Shown: one piece after another, positions 17,895-28,301 of the stretch
How the letters are laid out: each line of letters starts with the position of its first letter
How positions within the stretch are numbered: position 1 is the first letter of the stretch
Assembly: GCF_029232205.1 (NCBI RefSeq)
Contig: NZ_CP107255.1
Location: forward strand, 840,001 to 872,000
DNA from: Candidatus Saccharimonadota bacterium
GTDB lineage: Archaea > Nanohalarchaeota > Nanosalinia > Nanosalinales > Nanosalinaceae
Length of the DNA: 32,000 nt
Reading direction: 5' to 3'
Translations under genes and position numbers: made by a program
Notes under the pieces: model-generated
Told to the model about the DNA's origin: nothing
Database searches by the model: none
The model's input: the letters and a program-made list of their open reading frames with translations, nothing else

Positions 17895-19082
17895 ATGGCT
17901 GACGATGACGCCGAAAACAACTTTGACGAAGCTAGAGAGGACATGCATAGAGAGGAGTCAGAAGCTTCAAGCGTAGGCGATGAAGCAGACCATGTAGACG
18001 ATCTAGAAGATCAGGCCAGAGCAGAAGAAGATGAGGAAGAGGAACATATTGACGACGAAGGCGACAACGAAAGGGAAGGCGAAGATCCCGGAGAATCAGC
18101 TCAACATCATCAACAGATTATTTCTCACGAAGAACACACCGAAGAACTACTGAACGAAATACTGGAAGAGATAGAGGATGAAGTAGGTAAAGAAATAGAC
18201 CAGGCACAGCTCCTATCCGAGGAAGAAGACGATATCAACCAGGGCCTTCACGAAGTAACTGAAGATCTCAAAACATTATCACAGAACCTGGAGAACAGAG
18301 ATCAGAAACAGATTAAAGACAGCGAACTACGCGAACTAGAAGACCTGATAGAACAGGTGCACGAAGGCACAGAACTGGAAGAGCAGACAGATGAAGAAAC
18401 ACTTCAACTGGAAGAAGAACTAAACAATACCGAAGTAGAAGAAGGCAGGGCCCTGAAACTGATCGAAGAAGCAATAGAGGAAGAAGAAAAAGAAGAAAGC
18501 GAAATAAAATACGAAGGACAGGCCGCAGAAGAATACCAGGAAGAACAGGCCTCAAGAGCCCTCCACGAAGAATACAGCGAACTGGAAAGCATGGAAGAAA
18601 AAAACAAGGCAATGGCCCAAGAAATAGCCGCAGAAGTAAACGGCAGAATAAACAAGATGCAGGAAGCCCTCTACGACGAAATAAGAGAAAGCGAAGACAC
18701 TGCACAGACCATCGAAGAGGCAATAAATATTCTGAAGAGTCTTGATCAACAGCTTTCAGAGTGCGCAGAAGGAGCAAAAGACGCAAAAAAACAGAGAATT
18801 AACAGGGTCAGAAACGACATACAGGAATTTATTCCAAGAGCAGAACAGGCCCTGAATAAAATAAGAAGCGTCCTGGGGGCCGCTAAAAACCACATGGAAA
18901 AAGTAGCAAGCACCTCAAAGAAAGTAGCAGGATACGCAAACAGTAAAATGCCTGTAAACGTGAAAGGCGGTGCAAAAAATGCAGGAAGAGCAAGCCTCAC
19001 ACTAGGGGCCTCTGCAGTAAAACTTTCGATCCTGGTAATGCTGGTAATAATCATTCTATATATACTAACAACGTTCGTATAG
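17895..19082 (+). CDS. Extremely acidic coiled-coil protein with basic C-terminal region and tail anchor
   Basis: 395 aa. About 300 residues are D/E-rich with heptad-like patterns. The region then turns K/R-rich (KKQRINRVRN...KNHMEKVASTSKKVAGYANSKMPVNVKGGAKNAGR) and ends in a terminal TM helix, LSILVMLVIIILYILTTFV. TATA-like GCTTTTTAACC lies about 27 nt upstream. Confidence 0.65.
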   Translation: MADDDAENNFDEAREDMHREESEASSVGDEADHVDDLEDQARAEEDEEEEHIDDEGDNEREGEDPGESAQHHQQIISHEEHTEELLNEILEEIEDEVGKEIDQAQLLSEEEDDINQGLHEVTEDLKTLSQNLENRDQKQIKDSELRELEDLIEQVHEGTELEEQTDEETLQLEEELNNTEVEEGRALKLIEEAIEEEEKEESEIKYEGQAAEEYQEEQASRALHEEYSELESMEEKNKAMAQEIAAEVNGRINKMQEALYDEIRESEDTAQTIEEAINILKSLDQQLSECAEGAKDAKKQRINRVRNDIQEFIPRAEQALNKIRSVLGAAKNHMEKVASTSKKVAGYANSKMPVNVKGGAKNAGRASLTLGASAVKLSILVMLVIIILYILTTFV

Positions 19083-19178
19083 AAGACCCTGAAAAAGAGT
19101 TAAATCCAGCTTATTCTCGATCCATTTTTAAAAATTGCAATTGCTTCTTCTACTATAATCAACGGTGAAAATTGAAAT

Positions 19179-21371
<2,193 letters not shown>

Positions 21372-21401
21372 AAACCTTCTTCACAGGCCGTAAAAGGCCT
21401 A

Positions 21402-21410
21402 CCACATTTT
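21402..21410 (+). terminator. CCACATTTT 3'-end motif after aEF-2
   Basis: T-tract 31 nt after the stop codon. The same CCACAT..TTTT context recurs after the next two genes. Confidence 0.4.
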
Positions 21411-21511
21411 CCTCAACATCTTAATTTTTCTTTACTATCTGGCAAAAATTCAATCTCTATTTCGAGCACCACAACGGCATTTCATGTCACGCACCACCAC
21501 TTACTTAATAG

Positions 21512-22057
21512 TTGTTACAAGGAAGTTACAACATGGGACAAACTATTCACAAATGGGATAGCCTAACAGAAGAAGCACAAAATCAGTCTTACGAAATATT
21601 CAATACAGGAGACGTCCACATACAGGAAGCTAATGCCAATCTCGTAGGAGGAGGCACTACAACCGTAGAAATACCTAAACTTGTAGTCGACGGCGACTCG
21701 GAAACACTAGAACAGTACCAAGAACTCAGAGAACAAGTTGCATCTGGAGAAGCAGATCCAGAAACAGCAGGACAGCTTTTCGGAGAAACAATGGGCGCAC
21801 TAGAAATGCGGATGGCCGGATATGGAGAACTGGGAGACTACGACGTAGCTGTAGCATTCCCAGACGGCACCGCGAACAAACACTACGACAACCCTCTTGG
21901 AGGATCAGAGGGAAAAATTCAGGACCTCATGGGCGACTGGGCACAAGCACTCGAAGAAAGTGCAGGAACACCAGAATCACATCCTGCATACGAAATGGCC
22001 AGAAAAGTAGACGAAGATATCGACCACATAGACCCTTACGGAACGAGTAACAGATAG
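21512..22057 (+). CDS. Hypothetical acidic protein (orphan) between aEF-2 and aEF-1alpha
   Basis: 181-aa ORF with a TTG start; an ATG at 21533 (MGQTIHK...) is more likely. Codon style is host-like. No motif recognised. Confidence 0.5.
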   Translation: MLQGSYNMGQTIHKWDSLTEEAQNQSYEIFNTGDVHIQEANANLVGGGTTTVEIPKLVVDGDSETLEQYQELREQVASGEADPETAGQLFGETMGALEMRMAGYGELGDYDVAVAFPDGTANKHYDNPLGGSEGKIQDLMGDWAQALEESAGTPESHPAYEMARKVDEDIDHIDPYGTSNR

Positions 22058-22075
22058 AAACAGCCATTAACAGCC

Positions 22076-22087
22076 CCACATATTTTT
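22076..22087 (+). terminator. CCACATATTTTT 3'-end motif
   Basis: T5 run 25 nt after the stop of the orphan ORF. Confidence 0.4.
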
Positions 22088-22142
22088 CCCTTATCTTATA
22101 ATTCTCTTTTTAACCACCTATAAAGGCCTGAAAAACCACATA

Positions 22143-22160
22143 CCCTTTTTAAAGTTTAAC
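22143..22160 (+). promoter_or_regulatory. Putative tuf promoter (CCCTTTTTAAAGTTTAAC)
   Basis: Shares the TTTAAAGTTTA core with the rpoH promoter element and AAAGTTTA with the rps12 one. It is followed by SD AGGTGA at 22189..22194. Confidence 0.5.
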
Positions 22161-22201
22161 AGAGTAATCCTCAATTATACGCATCAATAGGTGACCACCA
22201 A

Positions 22202-23488
22202 ATGGCAGACAAAACACACGTTAATCTAGTATTCATCGGACACGTAGACCACGGAAAGTCAACCTCAATCGGAAGACTTCTCTGGGATACCGAAAACCTA
22301 CCACAAGAAGAAATGAGAAAGCTCGAAGACGCTGCTGAAGAAGCAGGTAAAGAATCATTCGGATTCGCATTCGCAATGGACTCTCTTGAAGAAGAGAGAG
22401 AAAGAGGAGTTACAATCGACCTCGCACACCAGGAGTTTGACTCAGATAATTACCACTTCACAATTATCGACGCTCCAGGCCACAGAGACTTCATTAAAAA
22501 CATGATCACAGGAGCTTCTCAGGCAGACGCTGGAGTTCTAACAGTCGCAGCAGACGACGGAATCCAGCCTCAGACAAAAGAACACGCATACCTAGCAAAG
22601 ACACTGGGAATCGACCAGCTAATCGTCTCCATCAACAAAATGGACCTAGTTGACTACGGAGAAGACGGTTACAATGACATCAAGGAAGAAGTTTCCGAGA
22701 TGCTACAGGGAGTAGGATACGACACATCCGAAATCAACTTCGTTCCAATCTCAGCATTCGACGGAGAAGGCGTTGTAGAGCCTTCCGACGAAATGGGATG
22801 GTACGACGGCCCATGCCTACTAGAGGCACTAGACGACCTGGAAGAACCAGAAAAGCCAGGAGACCTACCACTAAGAATTCCAATCCAGGACGTATACAAC
22901 ATCTCCGGAATTGGAGCAGTAACAGTAGGAAGAGTTGAGACAGGAGACATCGCAGGAGGAGACAGCATCAAGTTCGAACCTGCATCCACAAGACTCAACA
23001 AGAACATCGGTGGAGAAGTCAAGACCATCGAAATGCACCACGAAGAAGTAGAAGAAGCACACCCAGGAGACAACATTGGATGGAACACAAGAGGAGTCGG
23101 AGAATCTGACGTCAAGAAAGGAGACGTAGCAGGACCAGCCGACAACCCACCAACAGTAGTCGACAGCTTCGAAGCACAGGTCATCGTCCTAAACCACCCT
23201 AACGTCATCTCCGAAGGATACACACCTGTATTCCACGTTAACACAGCACAGGTATCCTGCACATTCACGGACATCAAGTCCACAATGAATCCAAAGACAG
23301 GAGAGACAATCGAAGAAGACCCTGACTACATCAAGCAGGGACAGGCAGCAAAGGTTGAAATCACACCACAGCAGCCACTAGTCATTGAAGAGAACGACGA
23401 GATCCCACAGCTTGCAAGATTCGCAATCAGAGACATGGGACAGACAGTTGGAGCCGGACAGGCTCTAAAAGTCACAGAGAAGGAGTAA
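22202..23488 (+). CDS. tuf: Translation elongation factor 1-alpha (aEF-1alpha/EF-Tu)
   Basis: 428 aa with [17 protein letters not shown] and NKMD GTPase motifs. Confidence 0.95.
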   Translation: MADKTHVNLVFIGHVDHGKSTSIGRLLWDTENLPQEEMRKLEDAAEEAGKESFGFAFAMDSLEEERERGVTIDLAHQEFDSDNYHFTIIDAPGHRDFIKNMITGASQADAGVLTVAADDGIQPQTKEHAYLAKTLGIDQLIVSINKMDLVDYGEDGYNDIKEEVSEMLQGVGYDTSEINFVPISAFDGEGVVEPSDEMGWYDGPCLLEALDDLEEPEKPGDLPLRIPIQDVYNISGIGAVTVGRVETGDIAGGDSIKFEPASTRLNKNIGGEVKTIEMHHEEVEEAHPGDNIGWNTRGVGESDVKKGDVAGPADNPPTVVDSFEAQVIVLNHPNVISEGYTPVFHVNTAQVSCTFTDIKSTMNPKTGETIEEDPDYIKQGQAAKVEITPQQPLVIEENDEIPQLARFAIRDMGQTVGAGQALKVTEKE

Positions 23489-23498
23489 ATCACTCCTC

Positions 23499-23508
23499 TC
23501 CCACATTT
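23499..23508 (+). terminator. CCCACATTTT 3'-end motif after tuf
   Basis: T-tract about 15 nt after the stop. This is the third copy of the CCACAT..TTTT context. Confidence 0.4.
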
Positions 23509-23595
23509 TCTTTCTATTATCCCTCTATTCTACCTACTTCTAAACGACATCTTTATGGAATTAAGCAAATACACAAACAATGCGAGGCATACTGA

Positions 23596-23961
23596 ATGAG
23601 TCTTAAAGACAAGGTAACAGACAGAATAACCAGAAAAGGGAAAGGATACCTACTTCTAGACCACAGCAAATACTCAATTCTACCAGCAGAACCTTTTAGC
23701 AGATGGGGATATGAACAGGGATCCGAAGCACTTGAAATATACCAGCAATCAGGCCTAGGAGAAGCAGCTACCTCAAGCGAAGCCTTAGCCGCGACAGTTC
23801 TTGGAGCAGGACTTGTAGCAAGCCTGGACTCCTACAGAAGATCTCTAGACCTTAAAGAAAACTACGATAAAGGAGCACTAGATAGAATGGTAGAGGACGA
23901 ATTCAACATTTCTCTCCATGATGAAGAACTGGACGAGTTATATAGTAGGCTACAGGACTAA
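23596..23961 (+). CDS. Hypothetical small protein, paralog A (Gly/Ala-rich core, acidic tail)
   Basis: 121 aa. It shares GEAA...GAG...AS and N(I/V)S..DEE(L/I)(D/E)E(L/M) blocks with the next ORF. Confidence 0.5.
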   Translation: MSLKDKVTDRITRKGKGYLLLDHSKYSILPAEPFSRWGYEQGSEALEIYQQSGLGEAATSSEALAATVLGAGLVASLDSYRRSLDLKENYDKGALDRMVEDEFNISLHDEELDELYSRLQD

Positions 23962-24002
23962 AGCCAAAACATATTTTAACCTTTTAGTAACAACACTATT
24001 CT

Positions 24003-24341
24003 ATGAGTCTTTTTGGAGAAACCGAGGAACGAGCTGTAAACTACGTGGCCGACAGACTTGAAGACTTTGAATACGGAGAAGCAGCAGCTAAAACAGGAAC
24101 AGTAGCAGGCCTTTCAGGCGCAGGAGCAGCACTCGCCAGCAACAACGTAGGCCTCGGAGTACTATCGTTCGCAGTCGGAAACTTCTCACACAATGTCAGC
24201 ACAGAACTGGCCTCAAGACCCGAATACGGCCTCAACGTTTCAGACGAAGAAATAGAGGAAATGGTCGACGGCGAACTATACATGGAAGACATCGATGTAG
24301 AAGACATTGATACTGACTACGAGTTTGAAAAGGATGAGTGA
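24003..24341 (+). CDS. Hypothetical small protein, paralog B (Gly/Ala-rich core, acidic tail)
   Basis: 112 aa. TATA-like ACATATTTTAACC lies about 25 nt upstream. Its stop overlaps the GTG start of the downstream membrane protein (GTGA at 24338..24341). Confidence 0.5.
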   Translation: MSLFGETEERAVNYVADRLEDFEYGEAAAKTGTVAGLSGAGAALASNNVGLGVLSFAVGNFSHNVSTELASRPEYGLNVSDEEIEEMVDGELYMEDIDVEDIDTDYEFEKDE

Positions 24342-25636
24342 AGAACTCTGAAACAGTGAAACAGAAGAAGGCCTTAACTATTCTAGCAACTATAACTGCA
24401 GCAGTATTTATTCTCAAGGCCTTTCCAATGGCCGGTGCATCTACAGTACCTCCTGGATGGATAGATACTAGTTATCATACATCGACCGCGGTAGACGTTT
24501 CCAGCGGCGATCTTGACAGCCTGATGCACCCATGGTGGCACATACAGGGCAACTCAGCAACAGTAGGCGACGTCCCAGTAATAGACAGAAACTCGAAAAC
24601 ATTCTACTACCCGCCATTCCTCCACCTATTCATGGCCTCATTCATGCTAATACTGCCCGCAGGCCTCGCAACAATACTATCGATATCGCTTATATACAGT
24701 CTGACAGCCCCAGCAACATATCTTCTGACAAGATCATACGAAATAGACAGAAAATCAAGTCTACTGGGCGCAGCCTTCGCAGCAACATCAATACCGCTAA
24801 TCCACTCACAGATCATGGGATTCTGGTCATTCGCAGCAGCATTCATACTGGGAATAACAGCATTCAGCTTCTACAGACTACACAGAAAACACGGAGGCCG
24901 AAAACTCCTGGCAGCATACCTGTTAACCGCAACAGCTACAGTCCTAACACACTGGGTATTCGGAGCATTCATAATAGGCATGCCACTACTCAGCACATTA
25001 CTCGAAGAAAAAACAATTGACTGGAAAATACCAGGCCTCGCACTTGCAACAGTACTACCACACTATGTAGCATTCTTTGCAACATCAAAACTTTCAATCT
25101 ACAGCACCACAACATTCGACAAGTTCTACACCTCTATAACACCTATCGCAATAATCGGAGGCCTTCTCATCAGCAGAGGCCGCAACAGAACAATCGACCT
25201 ATTCTCAGCAGGAAGCCTTGCAGGAATGACAGCCTACTACCTCGGAGCACCAATCACATTCGGAGGAATGATACAGTTTGCACTACCAGTACTGGCCGGA
25301 TTCTACATAGCAGACACAAGAAAAAGAATCAACGGGAAAGAACTTGCAAAGGCATTCACAATACTGACAACAGTATTCATAGCTGCCAGTATGATTTCAC
25401 AGGCCGCAATAGGAAACAACTCTGGAAGAGTGCTGACAGAAGACCAGTTCCACGGCCTGTTAGATGCAAGAGATAAAATACCTGAAGAAAAGATTGTAGC
25501 AGGGCCTGAAGTCGGCGCCTGGATAACACTTGCATCCGGAGAAAACAGGATAGTCAATCCCTACGCAGAATACAATGCTTCAAAACTTGATGAAAGGTTC
25601 TACGTGCTCTCTACAGCTAGGGGAGCAAGGCCCTGA
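24338..25636 (+). CDS. Polytopic membrane protein, possibly a GT-C/STT3-like glycosyltransferase core
   Basis: 432 aa with about 11-13 hydrophobic segments. A first-loop acidic stretch WIDTSYHTSTAVDVSSGDLD and a C-terminal VAGPEVGAWITLASGENRIVNP loosely resemble the STT3/AglB EL1 and WWDYG..NR..DN regions. Membrane topology is well supported; the functional call is weak. Confidence 0.6.
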   Translation: MKNSETVKQKKALTILATITAAVFILKAFPMAGASTVPPGWIDTSYHTSTAVDVSSGDLDSLMHPWWHIQGNSATVGDVPVIDRNSKTFYYPPFLHLFMASFMLILPAGLATILSISLIYSLTAPATYLLTRSYEIDRKSSLLGAAFAATSIPLIHSQIMGFWSFAAAFILGITAFSFYRLHRKHGGRKLLAAYLLTATATVLTHWVFGAFIIGMPLLSTLLEEKTIDWKIPGLALATVLPHYVAFFATSKLSIYSTTTFDKFYTSITPIAIIGGLLISRGRNRTIDLFSAGSLAGMTAYYLGAPITFGGMIQFALPVLAGFYIADTRKRINGKELAKAFTILTTVFIAASMISQAAIGNNSGRVLTEDQFHGLLDARDKIPEEKIVAGPEVGAWITLASGENRIVNPYAEYNASKLDERFYVLSTARGARP

Positions 25637-25637
25637 A

Positions 25638-25655
25638 CCATTTATAAGGTTTAAC
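25638..25655 (+). promoter_or_regulatory. Putative rps10 promoter (CCATTTATAAGGTTTAAC)
   Basis: A TATA-like box with GTTTAAC as in the tuf element. It starts 2 nt after the upstream stop and is followed by SD GAGGTG at 25661..25666. Confidence 0.45.
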
Positions 25656-25671
25656 TTCGAGAGGTGTTTAT

Positions 25672-25980
25672 ATGCAGAAGGCCCGAGTAAAACTAAGAAG
25701 TACCGAAAAAGAGAAGGTAGATGACCTTGCTCAGGAAATACTAGAGATCGGTGAGGAATACGACGCAGAAGTTTCAGGCCCTGTACCTCTACCGACCAAC
25801 AACATGAAGATCACCACCAGGAAAGCACCTGATGGAGAAGGAAGCTCAACAATCGAAAGATACGAGATGCACGTCCACAAGAGACTTCTCGACGTAATGG
25901 AATCCGAGAGAGCTCTCAGACAGGTCATGCGTGTACACGTACCTGAAGGCGTAGACATCGAAATCGAGCTAAAGGATTAA
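25672..25980 (+). CDS. rps10: 30S ribosomal protein S10 (uS10)
   Basis: MQKARVKLRSTEKEKVDDLAQEI...GPVPLPT...ERYEMHVHKRLLDV is typical archaeal S10. It holds the conserved position after tuf. Confidence 0.95.
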   Translation: MQKARVKLRSTEKEKVDDLAQEILEIGEEYDAEVSGPVPLPTNNMKITTRKAPDGEGSSTIERYEMHVHKRLLDVMESERALRQVMRVHVPEGVDIEIELKD

Positions 25981-26097
25981 AATCCTATTCTTTCTACCCT
26001 TTCCTAATTTAAAGATTCTACAGACTACTTTTCCTATAGGCTAAAAGCGCATTCCTAGAATGCTCTAGGCTTGATCAAACTTAGCCTGAAAGTTTGT

Positions 26098-26184
26098 GCC
26101 GGAGTGACTGAGTGGCTAAAGGTGCCGGTCTTGAGAACCGGTGGGACATCTGCTCCCTCCTGGGTTCAAATCCCAGCTCCGGCG
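26098..26184 (+). tRNA. tRNA-Ser (anticodon UGA), long variable arm, no encoded CCA
   Basis: Hand fold: acceptor GCCGGAG/CTCCGGC; anticodon stem CCGGT/ACCGG with loop CTTGAGA; variable arm GGGA-CATCTGC-TCCC; T-arm CTGGG-TTCAAAT-CCCAG; discriminator G. Confidence 0.85.
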
Positions 26185-26299
26185 TAAATTTCAAACCCAA
26201 AAATCATTCTATACTCCTGCAACACAAGGCAAAAAGAGTTCTGAGAATAATTCCTAGGGCTACCCTTTTTATTCAGCTATTAGGCATTTCTTTACAAGT

Positions 26300-26722
26300 A
26301 TGAAAGCTGAAGATTTAATGGACGAACCAGACTTCATTGAACCTGACGCGGCCATAGAGGAGGTCGTGGAGGAGTTCAAAGGTAGTGAAAACACTCTCAT
26401 AGTACGGGAGGAAAACAAAATAATGGGAGAGATCCACGAAAACAGCCTTCTCAAGGCCATGATCCCGGAAGACAAGCTGGACGAGGAATCAATTATCGGC
26501 GTGCTTGGAATCTCATTCGACCAGAGCTACGTACCAGACACCGCAGAAGACCTGATGAACAGTCACGAAGTAACAATCAGTCCCGACACAGATATAGGAG
26601 AGATAGCATTCCTCATGGACCGTGAAGACATTCGATCACTTCCAGTAAAAGAAGATGGCGAGATAATCGGAGTCGTACACGAAAACAAGGTAATAGAAAA
26701 CTTCTCGGAGGGAGGAGAATAA
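26300..26722 (+). CDS. CBS-pair domain protein
   Basis: 140 aa with two CBS repeats (KAEDLMDEPDFIEPDAAIEE...IMGEIHENSLL and TAEDLMNSHEVTISPDTDIGE...IIGVVHENKVI). Confidence 0.8.
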   Translation: MKAEDLMDEPDFIEPDAAIEEVVEEFKGSENTLIVREENKIMGEIHENSLLKAMIPEDKLDEESIIGVLGISFDQSYVPDTAEDLMNSHEVTISPDTDIGEIAFLMDREDIRSLPVKEDGEIIGVVHENKVIENFSEGGE

Positions 26723-26723
26723 A

Positions 26724-27881
26724 ATGGCAGCAGGACTTGCAGCCGGCACACTATACAACGTTGGAATACTGCTGATGGCATCATTTATCCTCGGAGAACT
26801 ATTCGAGAGAATAGGCCTTGAATCAATACTAGGATACATCACCGCCGGACTGTTACTCGGACCTTCATTCCTTAGCGTGATGGACGCATCCGCAGTACAA
26901 TCCTTCGCAACAATCGGAGTCTCACTAGTACTATTCAACGCAGGCCTCAGAGAGGAGAACGCCGCAGATATTTTCAGGCATAGACAAGGCCTGCAGCTAG
27001 GACTTGGAATTCTTGCAGGATCTTTCGCACTGATATTTGCAGCGCTGTACTTCTTTGGATCGCAGTTCCTACCTTACAACACGTTGACACAGTTCCTGTT
27101 CATCGCACTGGCATACGCAGTAGTCGACATCGGCATCCCATCCAAAATCATGATGAGCCGTGGAATGCTCAGAGAAGAAACAGGCAAGTACACGATCAAA
27201 TCCGCAGTCATCAACGTCACAGCAGGACTACTCGCACTAACAGGCCTCGTACTGGTCTTCTCACCTGGAGAAAATATCGCTATGAGGCTCGGAGGAATCC
27301 TGGGCTTCGCAGCAGTATTCTATCTTCTGCACGAAACCATTCACAGGATCGATGACTACATCATCAACTTCGAGGAGACAGAGGCCCAGTTCGCAATAAC
27401 ATTCGCATTCCTACTAGGCCTCTCCTACATGACAGAGATTGTAGGCCTTTCAACAGTACTCGGAGCATTCTTCGCAGGAATCATCGTATCAAGAAGCGAC
27501 TTCTCCGAATCCAAGGCCTTCCAAGAAAAGATCAATGCGATCGGACTCGGACTATTCATCCCGATATTCTTCGCATGGTTCGGCCTCGGACTACATGTTT
27601 CCAGCATTATCGCGAACATTGAGGCAGCAGTCTTCCTGTTTGGCCTATCCACAGTCTCCAAGCTGGGGATAGGTTACGCAGCCTCGAAGCTTCACGGTAT
27701 GGACAAGCCAGGAACTATCGCAGCATCGCTGATTTCGCTGGATATTGAGACACTGGTCGTGCTGCTGATCGGAAAAGACATGGGCCTCTTCGGACCCGAA
27801 ATCCTGCAGATGTTCGCACCAGCAGTACTGCTTTCGACACTCACAATCGTACTGCTGTACGCACTCATCGACCGCAGGTAA
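26724..27881 (+). CDS. Cation:proton antiporter, CPA2/Kef-type membrane domain without an RCK domain
   Basis: 385 aa. ILLMASFILGELFERIGLESILGYITAGLLLGPSFL is the typical Na_H_exchanger family N-terminus, and the protein is polytopic throughout. It starts 1 nt after the CBS gene stop. Confidence 0.8.
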   Translation: MAAGLAAGTLYNVGILLMASFILGELFERIGLESILGYITAGLLLGPSFLSVMDASAVQSFATIGVSLVLFNAGLREENAADIFRHRQGLQLGLGILAGSFALIFAALYFFGSQFLPYNTLTQFLFIALAYAVVDIGIPSKIMMSRGMLREETGKYTIKSAVINVTAGLLALTGLVLVFSPGENIAMRLGGILGFAAVFYLLHETIHRIDDYIINFEETEAQFAITFAFLLGLSYMTEIVGLSTVLGAFFAGIIVSRSDFSESKAFQEKINAIGLGLFIPIFFAWFGLGLHVSSIIANIEAAVFLFGLSTVSKLGIGYAASKLHGMDKPGTIAASLISLDIETLVVLLIGKDMGLFGPEILQMFAPAVLLSTLTIVLLYALIDRR

Positions 27882-27911
27882 CTTATCACTTCCTTTCTCT
27901 TTCTTTTCTTA

Positions 27912-28256
27912 ATGTCAGCCAAACAGAACTATCTCCGAGCAATCTACAAACTAACAGATGCCGGCGACAAAGGAACAACCACAGGAGAACTCTCAGAAGA
28001 ACTCGGAGTATCCAACGCATCAGTATCGGAGACCATCAAAAAACTGGAAGATGACAAGCTGATCTGCCGGGCACCTTACAAAGAATTCACTTTAAGCCCG
28101 ATGGGCAAGGAAGAAGCAGAAAGAATCAAAGAAAAATACGACATACTCAGAAATTTCTTCGAAGACCTGGGCCTGGAACACCCGGAAAAAGAAGCCGATA
28201 CAGTAGAACACAGCATCTCAATGGAAGCCGTAAAGAAAATAGAGCAGCAGCTTTAG
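27912..28256 (+). CDS. DtxR/MntR family metal-dependent transcriptional regulator (short form)
   Basis: QNYLRAIYKLTDAGDKGTTTGELSEELGVSNASVSETIKKLEDDKLI is the DtxR-type winged HTH. FFEDLGL...EADTVEHSIS is the dimerisation/metal-site helix region. Confidence 0.8.
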   Translation: MSAKQNYLRAIYKLTDAGDKGTTTGELSEELGVSNASVSETIKKLEDDKLICRAPYKEFTLSPMGKEEAERIKEKYDILRNFFEDLGLEHPEKEADTVEHSISMEAVKKIEQQL

Positions 28257-28261
28257 ATCAG

Positions 28262-28273
28262 TTTTTAAGAATT
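28262..28273 (+). promoter_or_regulatory. TATA-like box TTTTTAAGAATT upstream of tRNA-Gln(CUG)
   Basis: Centred about 35 nt upstream of the tRNA 5' end. A near-identical box, TTTTTTAAGAGTT (30217..30229), sits at the same distance from tRNA-Gln(UUG). Confidence 0.5.
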
Positions 28274-28301
28274 AACCGCAACAGTTACACATACACCTTA
28301 G

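Noticed and set aside
10999-19111. Shared 12-mer TTAAATCCAGCT upstream of the GT2 gene (10999..11010) and upstream of aEF-2 (19100..19111)
   Set aside because: A single exact 12-mer repeat is expected by chance many times among all position pairs in 32 kb. Its distances to the downstream starts differ (about 28 versus 67 nt). It may be a TATA-like TTAAAT box, but there is not enough evidence to call a motif.
25981-26097. Small inverted repeats between rps10 and tRNA-Ser (GCATTC-CTA-GAATGC; AGGCT-N13-AGCCT)
   Set aside because: The stems are short (5-6 bp) and of a size expected by chance. They might contribute to rps10 termination or tRNA 5' processing, but nothing distinguishes them from background.
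26112-26303. 63-aa + strand ORF starting inside tRNA-Ser
   Set aside because: It overlaps the tRNA-Ser gene (26098..26184) and the promoter region of the CBS gene. It has no SD or TATA context and a non-acidic composition unlike the rest of the proteome.
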